Shown here: positions 19,258-30,159 of the stretch, piece after piece | How positions within the stretch are numbered: position 1 is the stretch's first letter | How the letters are laid out: the number at the start of each line of letters is the position of its first letter | Source: Chitinophagaceae bacterium | GTDB lineage: Bacteria; Bacteroidota; Bacteroidia; Chitinophagales; Chitinophagaceae | Assembly: GCA_947380905.1 (NCBI GenBank) | Contig: CANCSS010000004.1 | Coordinates: forward strand, 8,549-72,548 | Direction of reading: 5' to 3' | Length of the DNA: 64,000 nucleotides | Translations under genes and position numbers: made by a program | Notes under the pieces: generated by a model | Seen by the model: only the letters and a program-made list of their open reading frames with translations | What the model was told of the DNA's origin: nothing | Databases searched by the model: none

Positions 19258-22200
19258 ATGAAAAGATTTTTAAAACAAGCTGTTTCTGTATTGTTAATAC
19301 TCTTAATAGCTATTATTAAGGTCAATGCACAAGAAACTACTGCGGAAATTCAAGGAACAATCACTGCTGGTGCTGCAGGATTGGCTGGCGTTACTGTTAC
19401 AGCCACTCACCAACCTACAGGAACTAAATATGTAACTACTTCTCGTGTAGATGGTAGGTACAATTTAACCAACTTAAAAATTGGCGGTCCTTACCTAATT
19501 CAAGTTTCTTATGTTGGTTTTAAAAACGATCAACAAGAGGATGTTACTTTATTATTGGGTCAAGCCTACAAAGCAAATTTTAAATTAGCGGAAAGCACCA
19601 ACAATACTTTAAAAGAGGTGGTGGTAACTGCTGGAAAGCAAGATAAAATTTTTAACAACGCAAGAACTGGTTCTCAAGAAACTTTTAGTAGAACGCAAAT
19701 TACAAGCATGCCTACTATCTCTCGTTCTTACAAAGACATCATCAAATTAACACCTACTTATAATGGTATGTCTTTTGGTGGTATGAGTTCTCAATTAAAT
19801 AATATTACTGTTGATGGTGCTAACTTCAACAACTCATTTGGATTGGCTGGTGATATTGGTGGTCAAACTGGAGCACAAGCCGTTTCATTAGATGCGATTG
19901 AGCAAATTCAAGTGAACACTTCACCATTTGATGTTCGTCAAGGTGGATTTGTTGGAGGCGGAGTAAACAGTGTTTCTCGTAGTGGTGCCAACAAAAATTT
20001 TGGATCCGTATACGAGTATACTAAAAACAAGGATCTTCAAGGATATGAAATAGGCCCAGCTTCAAGCAGAATTGTGGTACCAAAACAAGACTTTAATTAT
20101 GATTTAAAAGGATTCACAGTAGGTGGCGCTTTAATTAAAAATAAATTATTCTATTTTGTAAACGCAGAGCAAGAAGAAAGATCTGTTCCTGGAACATTAT
20201 GGACCGCTTCTACCTCTTCCTCTCCTGCAGATGGAGTAACTGTTTCTGCTGCAAAAGCAGCCGATTTAGATGCCTTATCTACTTTCTTAAAATCTAAATA
20301 CAATTACGATCCAGGACCTTATCAAGGTTATTCATATGCACAAAAATCTAAACGTTTGACTGCAAAAATTGATTGGAACATCGATCCAAACAATACTTTT
20401 ACTTTCAAGTATAGTTACTTATCATCATCTAGCCAAATACCACCATCCAATAGTGGTTCTTTAGCTCCAAGACAAGCAAGTGGTACTGCACTACCTTTCT
20501 TTGGCGCAGGTTATGAGATCAACAACAACGCCAATGTATTTATTGCGGAGTTGAATACTAAGTTCTCTAATAAAATGAGCAATAAATTACAAATTGGATA
20601 TACCGCTTTAAGAGATTTTAGAAACGCATTGTCTGGTAAAGAATTTCCAATGGTGGATATCTTAGATGGCAATGGTAAAGGCTTTACCTCTTTCGGTTAT
20701 GAATTATATACCTATGGCAATAAATTGAATACAGATGTTTTTCAATTAAATGATAACTTAACATTTTATGCTGGTAATCATGAGATTACTTTAGGTACAC
20801 AAACTTCTTATAAAAAATATTTAAATGGATTCTCTCCTAATTACGAGGGTACTTTCCAATTCAATAGCTTAGCCGATTTCTACGCATCTGCTGCAGGAAC
20901 TAAAACTGCTGCCAAATACAATTTATCTTATACCTTGGGTGGTGGTGATTTCCCATTGGTAGGTCCAAAAGATTTTGAGTCTGGCGTTTTTGTTCAAGAC
21001 AAATACAGGGTTACCGATAAGTTGACCATTACTTATGGATTAAGATTAGATTATACAAAATTCTTCAACACTTTCTTATACAATCCAGTTGTTGATACCT
21101 TGCATTATTTCTACAATAGCATTCATGCCAATACAGGTTCTCAACCTAGTACTGCAGTTCAAGTTTCTCCAAGACTTGGTTTCAACTATGATGTTTATGG
21201 AGATCAATCTTTACAACTTAGAGGTGGTGTTGGTTTGTTCCAAGGAGCTCCTCCTTTTGTATGGATTTCTAACCAAGCTTCTAACTCAGGTATGGCCTTA
21301 TTTGGATCTTTCTCTAATTCCAATACCAATATCTTTAATCCAGATGTGAACGCCTACAGACCTAGCGCTACAGCTGGTTTAAGTTCTTCTTATTCAATTA
21401 ACGTAACAGATCCTAATTATAAATTCCCTCAAGTATTTAAAAGTACTTTGGCTGCAGATAAAAAGTTAGGCAATGGTTGGACCATTACTGCTGAAGGAAC
21501 TTATACCAAACAAATTGACGCTTCTGTATTTCAAAACATAGCACTACCAAACGGTCCATTGACTTTATTAAGCGATGGTCGATACAGATTCCCTTATACA
21601 ACTACTTTGCCAAATGGGGGCTCTCAAATGGGAGGAACTGCTAAAGCATCTGCAAGCAATCCATCAATTGGTAATGCTATTTACATGACCAATTCTAGCG
21701 CTGGTTATGCTGCTACTGGAACTTTACAAATTCAAAAAATAACAAAGAACTTTATAGCAACAGCTGCTTATACAAGACAAGTTGCCTATGATGCTTCTGT
21801 GAGTGGTTCAACCGCAGCTACTATGTGGGGTTCTAAAACAGTTTCTGATAACCCAAACAATTTTACCGTGGGTTATTCTAACAACTACTTGCCTCACAGA
21901 ATTATTGCGAGCTTAATTTACAAAACAGAATTAAGTTCTAACACTTTGACTTCATTTGGCTTTGTATATGAAGGCGCACCTAACTTTGCTACTTCATACT
22001 ATGTAAATGGAGACGTGAATGGGGATGGTATTACTTACAATGATTTAATGTTTATCCCTAACGATCCATCTCAAATCAAATTGGCCAACGCTTCTGCAGT
22101 AGGGGGTGTTGCTGATACAAGAACGCAAGGTGAATTATGGCAACAATTAGATAATTACATTTCTCAAAATCCATATTTGTCTAAACACGTTGGAACTTTT

Positions 22201-22545
22201 GCAGAAAGAAATGCATTCGTTTTACCTTGGACCCATAAAGTAGATTTTAATTTTACTCAAGATTTTAGATTTACTGCTGGTAAAGACAAGCATACCATTC
22301 GTTTGTCATTTGATATTTACAATTTAACCAACTTGTTAAACAAAGATTGGGGTACTTACTATATACCAACAACAACAGCTCCTTTATCTTTTGTTAAAAT
22401 TGATACCGATGGAAAAACACCTATCTATACTTTCCCTTATTTAGATGGTGTTAATAAAGTACCTTATACCAGTGCTTACAAGCCTGATCCTAGTATCGCT
22501 TCTCGTTGGCAGTTACAAATTGGTGTTAGATATTTATTTAACTAG
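19258..22545 (+). CDS. Oar-type TonB-dependent receptor with carboxypeptidase regulatory-like N domain
   Basis: 1095 aa with signal peptide; TDGRY-like/GGPY N domain, NNITVDGANFNNSFGL plug, SPRLGFNYDV and C-terminal GVRYLF motifs. Confidence 0.9.
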   Translation: MKRFLKQAVSVLLILLIAIIKVNAQETTAEIQGTITAGAAGLAGVTVTATHQPTGTKYVTTSRVDGRYNLTNLKIGGPYLIQVSYVGFKNDQQEDVTLLLGQAYKANFKLAESTNNTLKEVVVTAGKQDKIFNNARTGSQETFSRTQITSMPTISRSYKDIIKLTPTYNGMSFGGMSSQLNNITVDGANFNNSFGLAGDIGGQTGAQAVSLDAIEQIQVNTSPFDVRQGGFVGGGVNSVSRSGANKNFGSVYEYTKNKDLQGYEIGPASSRIVVPKQDFNYDLKGFTVGGALIKNKLFYFVNAEQEERSVPGTLWTASTSSSPADGVTVSAAKAADLDALSTFLKSKYNYDPGPYQGYSYAQKSKRLTAKIDWNIDPNNTFTFKYSYLSSSSQIPPSNSGSLAPRQASGTALPFFGAGYEINNNANVFIAELNTKFSNKMSNKLQIGYTALRDFRNALSGKEFPMVDILDGNGKGFTSFGYELYTYGNKLNTDVFQLNDNLTFYAGNHEITLGTQTSYKKYLNGFSPNYEGTFQFNSLADFYASAAGTKTAAKYNLSYTLGGGDFPLVGPKDFESGVFVQDKYRVTDKLTITYGLRLDYTKFFNTFLYNPVVDTLHYFYNSIHANTGSQPSTAVQVSPRLGFNYDVYGDQSLQLRGGVGLFQGAPPFVWISNQASNSGMALFGSFSNSNTNIFNPDVNAYRPSATAGLSSSYSINVTDPNYKFPQVFKSTLAADKKLGNGWTITAEGTYTKQIDASVFQNIALPNGPLTLLSDGRYRFPYTTTLPNGGSQMGGTAKASASNPSIGNAIYMTNSSAGYAATGTLQIQKITKNFIATAAYTRQVAYDASVSGSTAATMWGSKTVSDNPNNFTVGYSNNYLPHRIIASLIYKTELSSNTLTSFGFVYEGAPNFATSYYVNGDVNGDGITYNDLMFIPNDPSQIKLANASAVGGVADTRTQGELWQQLDNYISQNPYLSKHVGTFAERNAFVLPWTHKVDFNFTQDFRFTAGKDKHTIRLSFDIYNLTNLLNKDWGTYYIPTTTAPLSFVKIDTDGKTPIYTFPYLDGVNKVPYTSAYKPDPSIASRWQLQIGVRYLFN

Positions 22546-22580
22546 TCAGTTTAATAATTCTATATTAGAATAGCTTATAC

Positions 22581-22612
22581 AAAAAAGCCCTCCCCATTCG
22601 GGAGGGCTTTTT
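22581..22612. terminator. Bidirectional rho-independent terminator
   Basis: AAAAAGCCCTCCC-cattc-GGGAGGGCTTTTT between convergent genes. Confidence 0.88.
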
Positions 22613-22652
22613 AATGAAGTTTATTTTTTCTCCACCACCTGAAGTCAAATTT

Positions 22653-24812
22653 TTATTTCTTCTTCTTTTTCTTCTCTTTTTTATCCGCTTCTAAAACCTT
22701 CACACGCATATTTTTAAATCTGACCACTTCTCCATGTCCTAAGAAGCCTAAATGGCCGGTGGTTCTTTTTAGTCCTGGGTGTTCTTTGTGATCGATGGTC
22801 CCGTTAATAGAAGCAGCCGCATAATCTCCATCTACAATCACGGTTCCATTTAAGGTTACTTTTATTTTAGTACCATTGACTATAATCTCTTCCTGATTCC
22901 ACTCTCCAGTAGGTTTTAAATAACCTCTCTTGGCAGGTATTACACCATACACAGAGCCATGGGCTTGATAAGGCTGTATCCATCCATACATCGGAATTTC
23001 GCTATCTAATATTTGAACCTCAATGCCTACATAAGCTGCATCACCTTCTAAGGGAGCATGAACACCAATGCCGTTGTTGGCACCAGGAGTCATTTGAAAT
23101 TCAAAACGATAAATAAAATTATCATACTCTTGCTTGGTATATAAATTACCACCACTGCCATCATCAGGACTCACCATCAGGCTGCCATCTTGAATCAAAT
23201 ACCCTTTTGTGTTTCCTGTCCACTGATCGATATTAGTGCCATCAAATAAGGAGACAAAACCTTGTTGTTGCTCTTCTTCTGTAATTGTTTTGGTAGTTTC
23301 TGTGGGCAATTCTTTGATATAAATATTGCGGTAAGCGACATAAGTACCATGGGCTTGTAATTCAATTTGTTCTTTAACAAATATGGGTAAACTATGGTCC
23401 CAATAGTTTTCAAGTACAATATGATCCGTTACTAAAATACCATTTAAAAACACCGTTACTTTATCGCCCTTCATGATAATGTGAAAAGTATTCCATTCCC
23501 CCACTTTATTATCGGCTACCACCAATGGCTTGCTTATATTTTTTTGATTGTTGTACAAACCACCAGAACCCACTTGAGCACCAGCATCTCTTCGGCTGGT
23601 ATCCCATATTTGAACCTGTGGTGTTCCGCGTAAGTAGATGCCCGCATCCCCCTTCTCAGTAATTTTCCAATCTACATACATTTCAAAATCACCATACTTT
23701 TTTTCTGTGGCTAAATTATCGCCATGCCCAGTAAATACGAGTAACCCATCTTTGGCAATCCAATCTCCTTTTGTTTTTTCATTGGCAATTTTTTCTGCTG
23801 CTAACAACTCAGCGTCACTCATTTTAGAACGCGTAATGGGATTACCCACCAACGCCTTCCAATTAGAAATATCTTTGCCATTAAATAAATTTACAAATCC
23901 ATAATCGTAGGGTAATTTTTTTAAATGAGCTATTAATTTAGTAACTAAGACAGCACTGTCTTCGCCATGTATCAATGCTAAAGATTTTTCTAAAGCGGCT
24001 CTTACTTCTGCACCCTTAATATTTTTATCTTCTAATGCCAACCTAGTTACAATGAGCGCTGCTACTTTATTTACTTCTGCATCATTTAATGATTTACTTA
24101 CAAACATAAAACTACTAAAGCCAGGAATTTTTGCAGCCCTTGCTAAAATCCTACTTTTTTCTATATAATTAGAAGCTTTTTCCATTTCATCTTGAAGCAA
24201 GAGTAATTCTTGTGCATGGGTCATTGCCTTTTTGTTTTCAGCTTCTGTCAATTTTATTTCAGGTAAAATAAAATTCACATTGTCCAATGCGGCTTGGATG
24301 TTTTTTTTATTTTCTTCTTTTGCGTTTTTGAGTGCGTTTGTTAAGGCTGCAATCGCATTTTCTGAATGGATACCCGCTAATGCCCTAGCGGCATTCCCGT
24401 TAAAGCTTTCGTCTTTTAATAACCCGGTTAATAATTTTACAGCTGCATCATCCTTCAAAAGGGCAAGCTCTTTTATAAGCAATTCTTTGGCATAAGAAGT
24501 TTTAGCTTCTGAATAGGCACTTGCTAATAAGGTTGCCGTTGCTGTTTTTAATCCATTATGTAAACTGGCTTCATGTACAAAGGCATTGAGTGCATAGCTG
24601 GATTTTAATTTTAAAGAATCATCATTTAACAAACGAATTAATTGCTTCCATTCATTTTTTCCCCACGACTGCATGGTAATTATAGCAGTAGCAGCTTCTG
24701 ATTTTTGATGGTAGGGAAATACCTCAATGGTTTGAGTGATGGATTCTTTTTGAGCAGTAACCTGTGTGATGCTCATTGATAAGAATAATATGGTAACGAT
24801 CAAATTTTTCAT
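22653..24812 (-). CDS. HEAT-repeat + tandem DUF1080 protein
   Basis: Helical Ala/Leu-rich N half (AARALAGI); two DUF1080 domains (LFNGKD...ELQAHG and LFDGT...GFLGHG). Confidence 0.85.
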   Translation of the reverse strand: MKNLIVTILFLSMSITQVTAQKESITQTIEVFPYHQKSEAATAIITMQSWGKNEWKQLIRLLNDDSLKLKSSYALNAFVHEASLHNGLKTATATLLASAYSEAKTSYAKELLIKELALLKDDAAVKLLTGLLKDESFNGNAARALAGIHSENAIAALTNALKNAKEENKKNIQAALDNVNFILPEIKLTEAENKKAMTHAQELLLLQDEMEKASNYIEKSRILARAAKIPGFSSFMFVSKSLNDAEVNKVAALIVTRLALEDKNIKGAEVRAALEKSLALIHGEDSAVLVTKLIAHLKKLPYDYGFVNLFNGKDISNWKALVGNPITRSKMSDAELLAAEKIANEKTKGDWIAKDGLLVFTGHGDNLATEKKYGDFEMYVDWKITEKGDAGIYLRGTPQVQIWDTSRRDAGAQVGSGGLYNNQKNISKPLVVADNKVGEWNTFHIIMKGDKVTVFLNGILVTDHIVLENYWDHSLPIFVKEQIELQAHGTYVAYRNIYIKELPTETTKTITEEEQQQGFVSLFDGTNIDQWTGNTKGYLIQDGSLMVSPDDGSGGNLYTKQEYDNFIYRFEFQMTPGANNGIGVHAPLEGDAAYVGIEVQILDSEIPMYGWIQPYQAHGSVYGVIPAKRGYLKPTGEWNQEEIIVNGTKIKVTLNGTVIVDGDYAAASINGTIDHKEHPGLKRTTGHLGFLGHGEVVRFKNMRVKVLEADKKEKKKKKK

Positions 24813-24833
24813 TGTACAGTTTTATTTCTTTAA

Positions 24834-26099
24834 TTAAATATTCCATGGCGAACGCATGGGAGGATTTACAAGTTGATTGGCTTCCTCATCATTTATAAAC
24901 TCTTGCGTCATTGGATTAAAATGTAAAGTTCTTCCTAATTGTAACGCAATTTTTCCCATGTTAATAATAGTACAAGATCTAAATCCATTTGATTCATTTA
25001 GAGCAAACGGTGTTCTGTATTTTACAGCGTCTAAAAAATTAGTGACTTGTGGTTTGGGATCGGGCATCAAAGCCAATTTTTCTTTTAAATTAGGAATGTC
25101 CGATTTAAAGCCCGCAAATAATTTTCCTTTCGGTCCTGTTATGTATGCTGCATTTGGGTCGGTAGCTTCACCATCTAAAATTATTTTACATCCATCTGCA
25201 TACGTAAAAGTTAATTTCCTAAAAGTGCCACAGGCATCTGGATGTTGTTGCTCTGCATCTACTTCAACCATAACAGGACTTGTTTCATCTTTTCCTAAAA
25301 AATACTGAATGGGATCAATATAGTGTTGTCCCATATCTCCCAATCCACCGCCATCATAATCCCAGTAACCTCTAAAAGTAGTATGTACTCGATGTGCATT
25401 ATATGGTTTGTAAGGCGCAGGCCCTAGCCATCTTTCATAATTTAATTCTTCTGGAATAGGCTGCTCTTCCAATTTTGTTTTACCTACCCAATAAAATTTC
25501 CAATCAAAGCCAGTTGTTTTACTTACGGTAACGGTTAAAGGCCAACCCAACAATCCTGATTCAACTAATTTTTTGATAGGCTTCACGGTTGTGTTCATGC
25601 CATAAAAATTATCTTCAAATCGGAACCAAGTATTTAATCTAAACATACGTTTGTACTGCTGAACTGCTTCTACCACTCGCTTTCCTTCTCCAATGGTTCT
25701 GGTCATTGGTTTTTCACACCAAATATCTTTACCCGCTTTGGCGGCATCAATTGAAATAATACCATGCCAATGAGGAGGCGTTGCTATGTGTACAATATCT
25801 ACTTCGGGAAGTGCAATTAAAGCTCGATGATCATGAAAAGTTTTCACATTGCCACCAATGAGTTCTGCCGCACTTTGTAAATGTTTTTTATCTACATCAC
25901 AAATTGCAACTACCCTAGTTCCTGCATAAGGAATATGTCCTCTGCCCATACCCCCCACACCAATGATTCCTTTTGTAAGCTGATCACTTGGAGCTAAAAA
26001 TCCTCGGCCTAAAACCTGTCTTGGTACAATGGAGAATCCTGCAACAACGGCTGCTGTATTTTTTAAAAAACGACGTCTACTGTTTTTTTCTTTCATCAT
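24834..26099 (-). CDS. Gfo/Idh/MocA NAD(P)-dependent oxidoreductase, Tat signal
   Basis: SRRRFLK, GVGGMG, ATPPHWH, CEKP and DMGQHYID motifs. Confidence 0.92.
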   Translation of the reverse strand: MMKEKNSRRRFLKNTAAVVAGFSIVPRQVLGRGFLAPSDQLTKGIIGVGGMGRGHIPYAGTRVVAICDVDKKHLQSAAELIGGNVKTFHDHRALIALPEVDIVHIATPPHWHGIISIDAAKAGKDIWCEKPMTRTIGEGKRVVEAVQQYKRMFRLNTWFRFEDNFYGMNTTVKPIKKLVESGLLGWPLTVTVSKTTGFDWKFYWVGKTKLEEQPIPEELNYERWLGPAPYKPYNAHRVHTTFRGYWDYDGGGLGDMGQHYIDPIQYFLGKDETSPVMVEVDAEQQHPDACGTFRKLTFTYADGCKIILDGEATDPNAAYITGPKGKLFAGFKSDIPNLKEKLALMPDPKPQVTNFLDAVKYRTPFALNESNGFRSCTIINMGKIALQLGRTLHFNPMTQEFINDEEANQLVNPPMRSPWNI

Positions 26100-26121
26100 T
26101 TTTATTTTAATAAATAAATTA

Positions 26122-26799
26122 TTAACTCAATGCCTTTATTTTAACATTTTTGAAATAAATAGGAGCGCCTGCATGCTTCCCCTGTAATCCAACATGGCCA
26201 TGCAATGGGAGCGCTGACATAGGAGTACTTAACCAAGAAGGAATTTTTGTTCCATCAGGATTTGTTTTAGAAGATGTATAATCATCCATATTACATTCAT
26301 TTACTTTTGTTCCGTTTAAAACGATGGTAATCATTTTTCCTTTACAGGTAATGGTATAATGATTCCATTCTCCAGGTTCTTTTAATGATTTATTGGTAGC
26401 CGCTTTGTGTCCAAAAATAGCAGCACATTGCCAAGTGGGATCTGCTTTACTCCATTCTTTTGAGTAATCATCGGCAATTTGAATTTCTACAGAATGGGGT
26501 ATCCACTCCACCACTTCGGTAGCATGAACTATTACACCACTATTGGTTCCATCGGCATTTTGAAAATCTAAATCCAAAATAAAATCATCGTATTCATTTT
26601 TACTCCAGATGCACTCATCTTTGCTTGCAGTTAAAACGCCACTTGAATCTTTCCATATGGCTGGGTTATAAATGGCACCTGCTAAATTTTGTCCAAACAA
26701 ATTTTCCCAACCTTTATTGCTTGTAGATTTTTTTTGAGCCAACAATTGCATGGAAATTGCAACAAGAGAAAATAGTAAATAAAATTTCATTTTTTTCAT
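26122..26799 (-). CDS. DUF1080 protein
   Basis: Signal peptide; TNSGV, EIQIAD, GEWNHY, LQGKH and FKNVKI motifs. Confidence 0.88.
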   Translation of the reverse strand: MKKMKFYLLFSLVAISMQLLAQKKSTSNKGWENLFGQNLAGAIYNPAIWKDSSGVLTASKDECIWSKNEYDDFILDLDFQNADGTNSGVIVHATEVVEWIPHSVEIQIADDYSKEWSKADPTWQCAAIFGHKAATNKSLKEPGEWNHYTITCKGKMITIVLNGTKVNECNMDDYTSSKTNPDGTKIPSWLSTPMSALPLHGHVGLQGKHAGAPIYFKNVKIKALS

Positions 26800-26937
26800 A
26801 AAAAATAGTTTGTAAGTGTTTAGTTGATGTTAGATTTTAACAACTTCACAGGTGAATGGGGGTGAATAAATTTGCTTCTCTAAATTTATTAAAATTTGCT
26901 TAAATTTGGTGTAATTAAGTTATTTAAAATCAAGGCT

Positions 26938-27642
26938 ATGAACGATACCCATTTACACCTAGAAGAGCATTTACAGAGCAGTGATTTACTAACAGATATT
27001 GTGATTGGAATGAGTGATGGACTTACCGTACCCTTTGCATTGGCAGCAGGCCTAAGCGGAGCAGTTCAAGGCAATGTTAACTTAATTTGGATTGCAGGTA
27101 TTGCAGAAATTGCTGCAGGCTCCATTGCCATGGGTTTAGGGGGATTTTTGGCTGGTAAAACCGAACAAGATCACTATGCAAGTGAATTAAAAAAGGAATA
27201 TTGGGAATTGGTTCATAAAAGAGACGTAGAAATTGAAGAAGTTAGAAAAGTTTTTTTAGCCTGGGGCTTAAGTGCAAGTACGGCCGAAGAGGCAACGCAA
27301 GAAATAATAAAAGACGATAAGCGTTGGGTAGATTTTATGATGAAACATGAGCTTGGATTAACCGAGCCGGATCCAAAAAGAGCTCGAAAAAGTGCATTCA
27401 ACATTGGAATGAGTTATATCGTTGGAGGTTTTATCCCATTAACACCTTATTTTTTTGTAAACGATGCCATTGAAGGGCTTACTTTATCAGCCATGATTAC
27501 TTTGGTTTGTTTATTTATATTCGGATTTTTTAAAAGCAAAATGACAGGCGTCAATCCTTGGTGGGGAGGTGTGAAAGTAATGATGACAGGTGCACTGGCA
27601 GCCACGGTAGCCTTTGGTATTGCCAAACTTATTCAAGGTTAA
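26938..27642 (+). CDS. VIT1/CCC1 iron/manganese transporter
   Basis: DIVIGMSDGLTVPFALAAG, EIAAGSIAMGLGG and FMMKHELGL motifs. Start at ATG 26938, with a TAAATTTG box at 26901. Confidence 0.92.
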   Translation: MNDTHLHLEEHLQSSDLLTDIVIGMSDGLTVPFALAAGLSGAVQGNVNLIWIAGIAEIAAGSIAMGLGGFLAGKTEQDHYASELKKEYWELVHKRDVEIEEVRKVFLAWGLSASTAEEATQEIIKDDKRWVDFMMKHELGLTEPDPKRARKSAFNIGMSYIVGGFIPLTPYFFVNDAIEGLTLSAMITLVCLFIFGFFKSKMTGVNPWWGGVKVMMTGALAATVAFGIAKLIQG

Positions 27643-27674
27643 TAATAACCCCTTAATTTATATCAGCGCCTAAT

Positions 27675-28418
27675 TTACTTATGTAAACTATTGAAATAGT
27701 TGAGTAAACTAATGACGTCTTCTTCGGATTTTAATTTATTTTTATTTTCCTTCAACCAATTTTCGATCGTAGCATCAAATGGGATGGCCGATACAATACT
27801 TGTTTTATCTATTCCTTTTAAAGGAATTAATTTTTCGTTATTGTAAATTGCATAATTATTTTTTATATAAAAATTACTTGCATTTTTTGCTGTGATGGGA
27901 TCGTAGGGGCTAACCTTAATCAAGTTTTTTTGCAATAAAACCAATGCTAAAGTACCGCTATTAAACATTTTATAAAATGCAGCTGGTTTGTTTTCTACAT
28001 AATCAGGCAGTACCACAAAAACAGCCAAGGCTTTAGTAGTGTCATTTTTGTTTAAAAAAATTATTTTATTAACCAAGTTGGTTTCGGCTACCAATTCAAC
28101 ACCTGCATTGTCTACGTAATGCACTTCGCTGGTATATAAATTTAGTTTTGCTTTAGGAAGTTTGTACACTGTTCCATTTTTATAATAGAGATAAGCACTA
28201 TTCCAGTTGTCCTTCCAAAAAGGACTTCCACCTATGTCTGCATAACTGAGACCGGTTATTTTTTTACCCATACCCGAAGGATCAATCACCCGAACGGTAT
28301 TAGAAGTGGCCCCATTGCCATCAGATGCATCAATGGATAGTTGTTGCGCTTGAGCCGTATTGGTGAACACCAAAAAAATTAAAAAAATACCTGTAAAGCA
28401 TTGATTAAACAATTTCAT
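27675..28418 (-). CDS. Hypothetical exported protein
   Basis: 247 aa with signal peptide; GSPFW-W motif typical of Bacteroidota hypotheticals. Confidence 0.65.
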   Translation of the reverse strand: MKLFNQCFTGIFLIFLVFTNTAQAQQLSIDASDGNGATSNTVRVIDPSGMGKKITGLSYADIGGSPFWKDNWNSAYLYYKNGTVYKLPKAKLNLYTSEVHYVDNAGVELVAETNLVNKIIFLNKNDTTKALAVFVVLPDYVENKPAAFYKMFNSGTLALVLLQKNLIKVSPYDPITAKNASNFYIKNNYAIYNNEKLIPLKGIDKTSIVSAIPFDATIENWLKENKNKLKSEEDVISLLNYFNSLHK

Positions 28419-28445
28419 GACGTTTATTTTACTATTTTATTAAAC

Positions 28446-30014
28446 TTAATTTTTATTTCGAATCGACACTCCTTTGCGCGTTCCATTGTGTTCGCTATTA
28501 TTGATCGTTAAAGCACCATTCACCCAAATATATTTAAAACCAACTGAAAAATGATGTGGATCATCATATTTTGCTTTGTCTCCTACTTCATTTTCATCAA
28601 ATAAAACGATGTCTGCAAAGTAACCCTCTTTAATCAGGCCTCTGTTTTGCAAATTAAATTTTTCTGCAGGCAAGGAAGTCATTCTTCTTATGGCTTCTTC
28701 CAGTGGTATTACTTTTTCTTCTCTTACATATTTACCTAAGACTCTTGCATTGGTTCCATACGCCCTAGGGTGCGGCCTGCCTTCATTCATTATAGCAATG
28801 CCAGCATCACTCGCAATCATGTTAAAAGGGTATTTCATAATATTGGTCACATCGGATTCGCCCATCCCGTGATACACCATTTGAGCACCTCCTTTTTCCA
28901 TCATTTGAATAATCGTTTCTGCTTCATTTTTAGCAGTAGGTTTATTTCCTCTTATAATATTTATCTCTTCAATGCTTTTACCATTATAAGAAGTATCTGC
29001 ATTGTAATTCGCCACCATGGCATAACCGAAATGTTTCAATCCTCTCTTTTTAATAATAGCTAAAGCATGTTCGCTTACTTGTTTTCTTATTTCAGGGCGT
29101 TGTAATCTGGTTAAAATTGAATCTTGCCCATCTGCCAATACCCATTCAGGCAATAAAATACTTAATTGGGTACTACTTGCTGTATAAGGATATTGATCCA
29201 TCGTAACATCAATCCCTTCTTTACGTGCCGCTACCACCAATGCAATGGTTTCATTGCTTCTTCCCCAATTTTGTTGTGCATTTACTTTAAAATGTGAAAT
29301 TTCCACTGGCAATTTTGCGGCCCTACCAATTTGAATGGCTTCTTGAATGGCTTCTGCCACTTTATCTTCCTCATTTCTTATATGTGAAACATAAACACCC
29401 CCATTGTTTGCCACTACTTTTGCCAAGCGAATTATTTCATCCGTGGGCGTATACGCACCTGGGATGTATATCAATCCGGTTGACATTCCAACCGCACCTT
29501 CGTTCATCGCAGTTTGAGTAATTTTTTCCATCGCCATCAATTCAGTTTCAGTCGCATTGCGATTGGCTGTCCCCATGACTTCTTTTCGAATGGTATTTTG
29601 TCCTATTAAAGAAGCAATATTGATGGACGTGCCCATAGAATCTATTTTATCAAAATATGTTTTTAAGTGCGCAAAGGAACCTCCGCAGTTTCCTGTAATA
29701 ACGGTCGTTACCCCATCGTAAATAAAATTAGATGCCAATGGATTTCGAGTTTCATCTCCTTCAATATGTGTATGCACATCAATAAAACCAGGGGCTACCA
29801 CCAAGCCTTTGGCATCAATTTCTTTGGCTGCCTTCCAGTTTTTTAAATTTCCAACGGCCACTATTTTATTTTGTTTAATTGCTACGTCTTTGTATTGCCA
29901 GTTATTACCAGATCCATCTATTAATTTACCATTTCTAATAATGTAATCGGCTTCTTGTGCAAAATTGATGGTTGAATAAAAAATACTTAGCCCAACGAGT
30001 AAACCCTTTTTCAT
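28446..30014 (-). CDS. N-acyl-D-amino-acid deacylase (D-aminoacylase), canonical motifs
   Basis: PGFIDVHTH, GNCG, STGLIY-PG, SHIRNE, SHFK, DQYPY, ASDA and HPRAYG motifs. Confidence 0.9.
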   Translation of the reverse strand: MKKGLLVGLSIFYSTINFAQEADYIIRNGKLIDGSGNNWQYKDVAIKQNKIVAVGNLKNWKAAKEIDAKGLVVAPGFIDVHTHIEGDETRNPLASNFIYDGVTTVITGNCGGSFAHLKTYFDKIDSMGTSINIASLIGQNTIRKEVMGTANRNATETELMAMEKITQTAMNEGAVGMSTGLIYIPGAYTPTDEIIRLAKVVANNGGVYVSHIRNEEDKVAEAIQEAIQIGRAAKLPVEISHFKVNAQQNWGRSNETIALVVAARKEGIDVTMDQYPYTASSTQLSILLPEWVLADGQDSILTRLQRPEIRKQVSEHALAIIKKRGLKHFGYAMVANYNADTSYNGKSIEEINIIRGNKPTAKNEAETIIQMMEKGGAQMVYHGMGESDVTNIMKYPFNMIASDAGIAIMNEGRPHPRAYGTNARVLGKYVREEKVIPLEEAIRRMTSLPAEKFNLQNRGLIKEGYFADIVLFDENEVGDKAKYDDPHHFSVGFKYIWVNGALTINNSEHNGTRKGVSIRNKN

Positions 30015-30159
30015 AGTGTGTAAGTTGAACTATAAATTTACTACTTCCTTGGTACAAATTTTATAATTTAAACCCTATAAACACAAAAATCAGTATTTTT
30101 AAGGAAGATCCTGAAAACCATTCCGACCCTTTCAAATTCACCAACTCAATAGTTGCATC

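Noticed and set aside
24877-25308. 143 aa antisense ORF, and the many other 60-120 aa ORFs nested in large genes
   Set aside because: They lie opposite or inside well-supported CDSs and are expected from codon bias; no motifs or independent signals.
26868-26908. Repeated AAATTT units upstream of VIT1 as a possible metal-regulator box
   Set aside because: Too AT-rich and degenerate to separate from background; only the TAAATTTG promoter match is noted.
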